Positions 54,506 through 64,000 of a stretch of 64,000 nt of DNA are shown piece after piece (position 1 is the stretch's first letter; every line of letters begins with the position of its first letter). The notes beneath the pieces were generated by a model, which searched no databases, was not told the origin of the DNA, and saw only the letters and a program-made list of their open reading frames with translations. A program made the position numbers and the translations under genes. This stretch comes from Octopus vulgaris (lineage: Eukaryota), in the NCBI GenBank assembly GCA_951406725.2, contig OX597825.1, positions 24,304,001-24,368,000 on the forward strand, in the 5' to 3' direction.

Positions 54506-56161
54506 AACAATCATGGTTAAAATGTTTTTGATCATATTTCTACCTGATGAGCTGGATTGACCTAAGGTTAAACGACCAAAAATATTTCCAGACTTAATAT
54601 TCCTTAATTTCTTTTAACCCAGCAAAATTATTTGGTACGTTTTGTCAGGAGGGAAGGCTGTGCCTATGACCCCTTTTAAAGGACCTCAGAGACTGATAGG
54701 GGAGAGAGAGGCAATGATGGAAGGTACCCTTAAGCTAGAGGCTTGCACTGACCAAATTCCAGCAACAGAATGGATTCTACTACAGGTACACAAGGTTCCA
54801 GGAGGTGGTATTACATTGGGAGATGGATGAAGTCTACTGCCAAAGTAGGCCATGGCAGGATTTGAACTCAGAATGCAAGGAACTAGAACAAATACAGCTA
54901 GGCATCCAATCCACAATCTTCATACTTTTTCATTGACCTTGAAATAACTTTTTCAAATTTTGGTGCAAAGCCAACAATTTCAAAGCGTAGTTGGTAGGAA
55001 CATGTCAAATTCATGGATCCCCAGTGTTTAACTGGTACTTATTTTATCAAATCCAAAAACATGAAAGGTATTGCTGCCCTTGGTGGAATTTGAACTCAAA
55101 GTATAAAGAGCACAATGGTTGTTGATGAGTGTGGCTGTCAAACAAAAATTGGCTACTATTTCTAGCAATTTGATTGACCACATAGTTGTTCCCTAATTAG
55201 GTAATATATGTACTTGTTGGATACTAGGTTTTGATAAAGCATTAATGCCTCTCCTTTGAAAATGAATGTCTTTGTGCCAATGTGAAAATGCCATATTCTT
55301 GCAGTTATTATTCAGCTCTAAATTACCCTGATCAAATAGACCTCTGATCATGACCATCCATGACCATCAAGGCTTTCATTTGCGAATGTACCATTTATAG
55401 AATAATATCACCCGAGGTAACACTCAATTTTAAAACACAATTTAATTTTAAGAAGGCGTAGCAGTTATTTCTAGTTGAGCAAGGGATCACAAAGAGGGAG
55501 CAACTCTCAATCATCATCATCATCATCATCATCATCGTTTAACGTCGGCTTTCCATGCTGGCATGGGTTGGACGATTTGACTGAGGACTGGCAAACCAGA
55601 CGGCTGCACGAGGCTCCAGTCTGATCTGGCAGAGTTTCTACAGCTGGATGTCCTTCCTAACACCAACCACTCCGAGAGTGTAGTCGGTGCTTTTTCATGC
55701 CACTGGCACGAGGGCCAGTCAGGCGGTACTGGCAACGGCTGCGCTCAAATGGTGTCTTTTGCATGCCACCTGCACAGGAGCCAATCCAACGGCACTGGCA
55801 GGGATGGACGTACAGTGTTGTTGCTGTTGTTGTGGTCATTTTAGTTGTTGGTGCTATAGATATCAATAATATATGAAGAGGTAATCAATGATGATTAGTC
55901 CAGCAATTAGCTCAGCATGGAAAAGATATAAATATTATGGAAGTTGTTGACAACTATGATAATCACCATTTAATTAGTCAGTATACGCTTCATATAATTC
56001 TATCTTCGAGGCTTAACTGTCAGTAATCATTAATAATTAGCACTTCTTACTTCTATATTTCATTCTTTGTTAATTATTGGTCCCTAATGCTTAACCATTT
56101 TTTTACATGGTTTTATATAAATATATACATATATTTACATGTATATATATATATACATATG

Positions 56162-56179
<18 letters not shown>

Positions 56180-56196
<17 letters not shown>

Positions 56197-57018
56197 GGCA
56201 GTTTGTCTGTCTGTGTGTCTGTGTGTCTGTCAGGTTGTACCCTCACCCTGACCACGGCTTTCAACCGATTCTGATGAAACTTGACACACACATAGCCCAA
56301 TGTCATAATTCAAAACTAACGCAGCAAAATTTTGAAAAGTTCCCCCAGTTCTGAAAAATATTGATAAATTCGACGTGAGGTCGAGAATCTAAGCTTCTTA
56401 TATGCAACACATTTTCTGTTGTAGTTTTCGCAACTTGCAATCGATTTTCACCAAATTCATGGTGAAGCTTAATGTTACCCTAAGAAACTTAATTCTGACT
56501 TTAGTTTTCCATGCAATACCTTACCATCAGAAAAAATCGATAAAATCATGCCATTTTGGGAAATCACGTTCAAATTCAAGATGACATAATTTCGACAATA
56601 TCTTTCACAAATTGGCAGGAATTTTCTTTTTAATTCACAGTGAGCATCATGTCTGCTCCAAGGAGCTATATGGCCCTTTTTATTCCAATAGGATACTTTA
56701 TTACTGGAAAAAATCGGTTAATTAAATCATATGTGGCACACATAGCAAACCGATTTGTGTATTAAACACAAACCACAGACTGTCTAGGGGACGCAACCTC
56801 GACCTTTTTAAATCTCTTGGGAGGCGCAATGATGTTTTCATGTTTTCGCCCAAAGGGACAGCTAGGAACATTGTATACACAGAAGTATTCGAGTGAAGAG
56901 AAGACATTGCAACCTACACATGCGCCTTCGTTCCCTAGGGGGAAAGGACTAGATTGGGATTAGTCGTTGCCTACTAGGGGCTCTTACATACCTGGGCAAC
57001 GCCGGGCTATGCTGCTAG
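56180..57018 (+). mobile_element. Non-autonomous Helitron
   Basis: 5' TATATATAAA..(GTCT)n..CCGATTCTGATGAAACTTG. The 3' end has the GC hairpin CCTGGGCAACGCCGGG, 8 nt, then CTAG|T. Confidence 0.8.
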
Positions 57019-57108
57019 TATATATATATATATATATTTATCATTTGTAGAAAACCTAAATTCTGAGAAGAAGCAAACTCTATGATGTATAGCAATATAT
57101 ACTAAAAG

Positions 57109-57338
57109 TGGGGAAGGCTGGTTTATGGAATTACCCTGGGTTTTCTTCCATAAAGGGTTTAACTTTATGGTGTATTGCCAGACCCCAAAACCTGTTGGCT
57201 TAAGACCTTTTCAAAATATCCTTCAAAATATTTTGAAGAAGTCTTAAGCTAACAGGTTTCGGGTTTGACGATATGCAATAAAGCTAAACCCTTTATAAAT
57301 GGGAAAACCAGTGTAATCCCATAAACCAGCCTTCCCCA
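57109..57338. mobile_element. Palindromic MITE-like element, arms about 110 bp
   Basis: TGGGGAAGGCTGGTTTATGG...TTCAAAATAT pairs with ATATTTTGAA...CCATAAACCAGCCTTCCCCA. A single-arm copy lies at 22357-22435. Confidence 0.85.
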
Positions 57339-57341
57339 GTA

Positions 57342-57375
<34 letters not shown>

Positions 57376-57789
57376 CATCATATCATCATATATTATATAA
57401 GCAAGTGGACAAAATAAAGAAAGTGTAACTTAATACATTCGGTAGGAGTTATATTTATTGTTTAGTAACAGTTTGATTCAGCTACTCATGACTTAAGGTT
57501 TTGTAGAGTCTGCTCTGAATGTCTGATGGGATGGGCCCATCATATGCATCCATATAGAGCTGAGTCAAATTGTTATTATGAAATATAAAGTGCTGCTTCA
57601 AAGGTTGATAAATAATTTCTATGAATGACAATACAAAGAACACTAACATACAATGACATTTATACATATATACATACATGCATGTATACATATATGTACA
57701 TACACACGTGGACACACACACACACACATATCATCACTGTTTAATGTGTTTTCCATGCTGGCATGGGCTAGAGATTTCAAAAGGATCTA

Positions 57790-57985
57790 ATAAACCGGGT
57801 ACTCTTTTTTTTCCCTCCAACCACATTTTCTTATTCTCTCTATTTTTGTTCTCTGATGAAGAACTAGCATCCAAAACGTCAAACCTCTTGCACTTATTCT
57901 AAAGTGTTAAACTAATACAACACTTGTTAAAATTTGTCCCTTTTGTGATGTCTTCTTTTGTTTTCTGATCATTGACTTTACAATA
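57790..57985 (+). mobile_element. Hammerhead-motif repeat, copy B (diverged)
   Basis: CTGATGAAG...AAAACGTCAAACC at 57853-57885, with the same flanking layout as copies A and C. Confidence 0.55.
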
Positions 57986-58004
57986 TATATATATATATAT
58001 ACAA

Positions 58005-58440
58005 CTTGGATCGTAGAGCGACCTACATTGGGGATTCTAGGGTGACCTGCTGTGCATGAGGAGACCTATTGAGTCAAGTACATCAACATCAAAATAAAAA
58101 TCAAATGGAAATTGTAGTTGTGATATCCATGCCGGTGGCACATAAAAAACACCATCCGAATGTGGCCAATGCTAGTGCCACCTTGAGTGGCGTGCGTGCC
58201 AGTGGCACGTAAAAAGCGCCAACCGATCGTAGACGTTGCCAGTCTCTTCTGGCTCCTGTGCCACTGGCACGTAAAATGCACCCACTACATTCATGGAGTG
58301 GTTGGCATTAGGAAGAGCATCCAACTGTAGAAACACTGCCAGATTCAGAATGGTGTCTGGTGCTGCCTCCTGGCTTCCCAGACCCTGGTCAAATTGTCTG
58401 ACCCATGCTAGCATGGAAAACTGATGTTAAGCGATGATGA

Positions 58441-58484
<44 letters not shown>

Positions 58485-58705
58485 GCGGCGAGCTGGCAGA
58501 AACGTTAGCACGCTGGGCGAAATGCGTAGCCATATTTCATCTGCCGTTACGTTCTGGGTTCAAATTCCGACAAGGTTGACTTTGCCTTTCATCCTTTCAG
58601 AGTCGATAAATTAAGTACCAGTTATGCACTGGGGGCGATTTAATCGACTTAATCCATTTATCTGTCCTTGTTTGTCCCCTCTGTGTTTAGCCCCTTGTGG
58701 GTAGT
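58005..58705 (+). mobile_element. RTE 3' UTR fragment (to 58444) followed by a SINE A monomer (58483-58705)
   Basis: Homology to other copies in the window. Confidence 0.85.
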
Positions 58706-59633
58706 ATATATACATATAAGTAGCTGCACTATGGCTCTGCCAAGTAGGAACAACATGCATGGGTTTGAACACCACTGTCTATGCACAGGCTGAATGCAGT
58801 ATTGTATTTCCTTGAAGTTGAGTGATAATTCTAATCCCTCTTGAAAAAGAATTCCTTGCAGGTTATTTGTTATCCGTGACCTTGGTTCAACTCTTAAGCT
58901 ATTTTCAAAGTGAAAAGGCACACCATAACTATCAGCTCAGCTTTCTTAACATTACTGAATATGTTATGCAGCAATAACTGACCGTTATATGACCCTGGTA
59001 GGTCAAGTAGGCATTTATCATTTTGGCATGACATTCTCAAAGGTGGTCAACTTCAAACATGTATGGACAGACTACATGAACAATGTGTGTGCATGCACAC
59101 GCATACACTCACATCTACACATGCATATACACACTCACACACATACACACACATAAATTTGCACATATATACACCGGCATACAAATACACATGCTTATAT
59201 ATATGTATACTTATACACATAAATATATATATATATATATATATCATTATCATCATCATCATCATCATTGTTTAACGTCCGTTTTCCATGCTAGTATGGG
59301 TTGGATGGTTCAACTAGGATCTGGGAATCCAGGAGGCTGCACCAGACACCAGTCTGATTCTGGCAGTGTTTCTACAGCTGGATGCCCTTCCTAATGCCAA
59401 CTACTCCATGAGTGTAATGTAATGGGTGCTTTTTATGTGCCACTGGCACAGGGGCCAGAGGAGGCTGGCAATGTCCACGATCGGTCGGTGCTTTTTACAT
59501 ACAACTGGCACATACGCCAGTCATACATATATATATATACACACACACAAACACACGCATAGACAGAAAATTTATACTAATGGCTATCATAATAAATACT
59601 CTTACACATTTATTGCCAATCTCCATATACATG

Positions 59634-59720
<87 letters not shown>

Positions 59721-59746
59721 AATTATATATTTATATATATATGTAA

Positions 59747-59785
<39 letters not shown>

Positions 59786-59814
59786 CACACACATACATAC
59801 ATATACACATACAT

Positions 59815-60020
59815 GTAACCACATGTGAATTGTTGGCAGTTTTCTTCCTCCATCTTCCTTTCTATTGGGCTTTCCTCTGTTTCTGAAGAAGAGCATTGCT
59901 CGAAACATTAAACCATCTTTCTTTCCTTCCCTGAGCATCTGCTAATACTTTACATGTACCACATCCTCACGCTGTTGCATTTTTTGCGTTTGTTGTTCTT
60001 TTTTTGTATTTACTATTATA
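59815..60020 (+). mobile_element. Hammerhead-motif repeat, copy C
   Basis: GTTT-CTGAAGA-A-GAGC-ATT-GCTC-GAAAC-ATT-AAAC at 59879-59913. Confidence 0.7.
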
Positions 60021-60769
60021 CGTATATATAAAATCACCCACTACACTCTCGGAGTGGTTGGCGTTAGGAAGGGCATCCAGCTGTAGAAACACTGCCACAT
60101 CTGACTGGCCTGGTGCAGCCTTCGGGCTTCCCAGACCCCAGTTGAACCGTCCAACCCATGCTAGCATGGAAAGCGGACGTTAAACGATGATGATGATGAT
60201 GATGATGATATATATATGTATATGTATATATATCTATATATATATATATATACACATACACACACATATACATACATATATCATTGTCATCATTATCATC
60301 ATTTCATATCCATGTATGTATAAATTCATGTATATACATGTGTGTGTGCCCTGTTACCCTGTCTCTATTAGGTTAATTAACAACTAATAGAAGATAATTA
60401 TGACTACACTTACTCAGCTTTCTCTCGATAGCAAATTCACAGTGAATCCTTCCTCATTGTACGTGTTTAAGGTTGACGTGTACTGTTAGTTGTGTACTCT
60501 GTAGCTTTTGGCATCCCACCAATAAACTACCATTGGCTGCAGGCTTCAGAGAGTTTAATCATAATTTTGAGTGGGGGTGGATGGACTCTGTAGAGTAATA
60601 GAATTAATGTATTACGTTGTGGTTGTGGTTGTGGTGGTGATGGTGCTGGTGATGGTACTGATGATTATGGTAATGCCAATGGTGATGGTGGTGATGCCAA
60701 TGATGACGGGGGTGGGGTGATAGTGATGAGGATCGCTGTCATCATCATCACCAGTTATCATAATCATCA

Positions 60770-61150
60770 TAATGAGAAGAGGAAGAGGGGAGGAGGAGGA
60801 GGAGGAAGGGGAAGAGAGGGGGAGGGGAAGAGAGGGGGAAGAAAAAAGGGGAGGGGAAGAGAGGAAGAAGAGGGGAAGAAAAAAGAGGAGGAGAAGAGAG
60901 AAGGAAGAGGGGAAGAAAAAAGAGGAGGAGAAGAGAGAAGGAAGAGGGGAAGAAAAAAGAGGAGGTAAAGAGAGGAGGAAGAGGATAAGAAAAAAGAGGA
61001 GGGAAAAGAGGGGAAGAGGGGCTGGAAAGAGAGAAGGAGAAGGAGGAAGCGAAAGAGAGGAGGAGAAGGAGGAAGGGAAAGAAAGGAGGAGGAAGAGAAA
61101 GGAAAGAGAGGAGGCGAAGGTGGCAGAAGGGAAAAGTGGAGGTGGAGTGT
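60770..61150. repeat. Polypurine (GGA/GAA) low-complexity tract
   Basis: Directly visible. Confidence 0.92.
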
Positions 61151-61442
61151 AGGAGTGTAGTGGGGAAAATCTGTAGGCTTGGATTGACAAGAAAAAGAGA
61201 AAATGGTAAGTGCTAACATTCCTGCCTTTCCTGTTTTTTAACAGAAGAATTAATCCTCAAAATCATAGATTCTAAGGCAATGAACTGACAAAATCATTCC
61301 TGCACTGGGAAAAATGATTTGCAGGATTCCACCCATCTCTACTTTCTCTTGAGCAGAAGACTGTGGTCTTCAATGTTTTCTAGTTCATGGGGCTTGCTAA
61401 TATGAATTTAGAATAAAATTTGGCCAGACATTTCTCATGTTC

Positions 61443-62722
61443 ATCATCATCATCATCATCGTTTAACGTCCGCTTTCCATGCTAGCATGGGTTGGACGGT
61501 TCAACTGGGGTCTGGCAAGCCCGAAGGCTGCACCAGGCCAGTCAGATCTGGCAGTGTTTCTACAGCTGGATGCCCTTCCTAACGCCAACCACTCCGAGAG
61601 TGTAGTGGGTGATTTTATGTGCCACCGACACAGGTGGCAGACGGCCACGCTCGGATGGTGTTTTTTATGTGCCACCGACACAGGTGCCAGACGAGGCTGG
61701 CTGACGGCCACGCTCGGATGGTGTTTTCTTATGTGTCACCGACACAGGTGCCAGACGAGGCTGGCGGACGGCCACGCTCGGATGGTGTTTGTTACGTGCC
61801 CTCAGCACGGAGGCCAGTCATTGCGGTACTGGCTACGGTCACGTTCGGATGGTTTTCTTATGTGCCACCGGCACTGGTACCACAAGGATACAAATTCCAT
61901 TGATGTTCATCTATTTTGATTTGGTTCGATTTGATTTGATTTGATTCGATTCTCACTTGCCTCAACAGGTCTTCACAAGTGTCACAAGAAGGAAGGTATG
62001 CACAGGTGGACTGACTACGTCCCAGGTAGGGGCCACGGATTATGGCTTCACTAGTCTTGCCGGGTCTTCTCACGCACAGCATACTTCCATAGGTCTCGGT
62101 CTCTAGTCATTTCCATGGTGAGACCTAACGTCCGAAGGTCGTGCTTCACCACCTCGTCCCAGGTTTTCCTGGGTCTACCTCTTCCACGGGTTCCCTCAAC
62201 TGCTAGGGATTGGCACTTTCTCACACACCTATCTTCATCCATTCTCGCCACATGACCATACCAGCGCAATCGTCTCTCTTGCACACCACAACTGATGCTT
62301 CTTAGGTACAACATTTCTCTCAAGGTACTAATGCTCTGTCAAGTAAGTACACTGACATTACACATCCATCGGAGCATACTGGCTTCATTCCTCATGAGCT
62401 TACACATGTCCTCAGCAGTCACGGCCCATGTTTCACTGCCATGTAGCATAGCTGTTCGTACACATGCATCATACAGTCTGCCTTTTACTCTGAGCGAGAG
62501 GCCTTTAGTCACCAGCAGAGGTAAGAGCTCCCTAAACTTTGCCCAGGCTATTCTTATTCTAGCAGTTACACTTTCAGCGCACCCACCCCCACTACTGACT
62601 TGGTCACCTAGATAGCGGAAGCTATCAACTACTTCTAGTTTTTCCCCCGGAAAGTGACGGAAGTTGTTTTCTGCAGATTTTCGGAGGTCAATGCTCCAGA
62701 GCATCTGCCACATACAAAAACT
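61443..62722 (-). mobile_element. 5'-truncated RTE-clade LINE: ORF2 C-terminus, repeat-containing 3' UTR and (GAT)n tail
   Basis: LEVVDSFRYLGD...RIRIAWAKFREL...KGRLYDACVRTAMLHGSETW and RRLRWYGHVARM...RGRGRPRKTW...DRDLW, with frameshifts. Confidence 0.93.
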
Positions 62723-63132
62723 ATCTTAAATTTGCTAATTGATAGATGAATAGAGGGACTAGAAGAGAGAAAGAAAGTTTGAGAGAGAAAGGGGGAAGAG
62801 AGAAATGTGTTGACAGATGAAGAAATAGAAAAATATGAGATACATACATAAAAGAAATAAGAAGAAAATTCAGGAGGAAGATAAATGAATAGATGGCTAC
62901 ATAAGTTGATACTAGATTTTGGCCCTTGGCCAGCAAATTTGCGAAGGGGATAGATCAATTACATCATCGTCCCTAGTGATCGACTGGTAACTATTTTATA
63001 AAACCCAAAAGAATGAAAGGTGACGTGAACCTCAGTGGAATTTGAACTCAGAATGTGAAGTCAGACGAAATGCTGTTAAGCATTTTGCCCAGCATACAAA
63101 TAGTCCTGTCAGTGTGTTTGTGTATGTGTGTG

Positions 63133-63167
<35 letters not shown>

Positions 63168-63175
<8 letters not shown>

Positions 63176-63710
63176 AAAGGGCTTAGTAAAATAAATTATT
63201 TTGCCACATACTGAACTCATTAGAAATAGCAGCCAAAAAGTTTTTTCAGCTATTTCCAATACTTAAAGAAAATTTCTCTCAGATAGTGTTTACTCAAAAT
63301 AACCCACGAAGGTATGGGGGAAAAAAACATTAAAAAATCACAAGTGCAAAGATTATTTGAGAACGTTACGTTTCTAGATCAGCCAAATAAAATTCGACAT
63401 TTCTTTCGTCAGCTTTCTTAATTTGGATTTGGAAACACTGAAAGTAGGAACATACCCTTTTGGGGTATGTTCCTACTTTCAGTGTTTCAAATCCAAATTT
63501 GCACTTTTATTTGTGATCAGACGTAACGTTCTCAAATTTTTGCACTAATGTTTTTTTCCCCCATACCTTTGTGGGTTATTCTGAGTAAACACTATCTGAG
63601 AGAAATTTTCTTTAAGTATTGGAAATAGCTAAAAAAACTTTTTTGCTGCTATTTCTAATGAGTTCAGTATGTGGCAAAGTAATTTATTTTACTAAGCCCT
63701 TTTATATAAT
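63168..63710. repeat. 543-bp fold-back palindrome (MITE/foldback-like)
   Basis: ATTATATAAAAGGGCTTAGTAAAATAAATTA... pairs with ...TAATTTATTTTACTAAGCCCTTTTATATAAT. The centre is TACCC-TTTTG-GGGTA at about 63460. Confidence 0.93.
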
Positions 63711-63803
63711 GTAATATTTTGAATTCGCCTTAAATGGTCCTTTTACATACTGAATACTTGGTGAAATTGATTAATAACTAATTAATTTTACCCTCAATTG
63801 TTG

Positions 63804-63838
<35 letters not shown>

Positions 63839-63852
63839 TGTATATATATATA

Positions 63853-64000
63853 GGTGCAGGCATGGCTGCGTAGTAAGAAGCTTGCTTCTCAACCACATGC
63901 GTCTGGGTTCAGTCTCACTGTGTGGCACCTTGAGCAAGTGTTTCTACTATAGCCTCAGGCCAACCAAAGCCTTCTGAGTAGATCTGGTAGATGGAAACTG
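63853..64000 (+). mobile_element. SINE family B 5' part, cut by the window edge
   Basis: Head and CORE-like CACCTTGAGCAAGTGT. Confidence 0.8.

Noticed and set aside
60612-61219. Arg/Glu/Lys-rich and Ser/Pro/Leu-rich ORFs
   Set aside because: They are a polypurine low-complexity tract open in many frames.
61600-61880. Regularly spaced repeats resembling a CRISPR array
   Set aside because: These are tandem repeats in the RTE 3' UTR with no unique spacers, in eukaryotic DNA with no cas genes.

Overview
AT-rich, repeat-saturated animal genomic DNA. The repeat repertoire looks like a coleoid cephalopod (Octopus-like); this is inferred from pattern only. I cannot identify any intact host gene. 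Almost all ORFs in the track are microsatellite read-throughs. The window holds: three or four tRNA-derived SINE families; many 5'-truncated RTE LINE ends with (GAT)n tails; at least three R4/Dong-type LINE relics (CCHC plus restriction-like endonuclease) tied to (TAA)n; a decayed Penelope-like RT with an internal inversion; an internally deleted DD37D (maT) transposon; Helitron/Helentron relics; and four long fold-back palindromes. The best leads are (1) a ~200-bp dispersed repeat with a minimal hammerhead-ribozyme core, plus a second hammerhead-like insert whose empty site survives in a local duplication, (2) a non-coding ~550-bp element with fixed ends found twice inside (TAA)n, (3) recurrent SINE-into-SINE-head dimers, and (4) frame-preserving micro-exon candidates with good splice signals. 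All calls were made by eye and coordinates may be off by a few bases.
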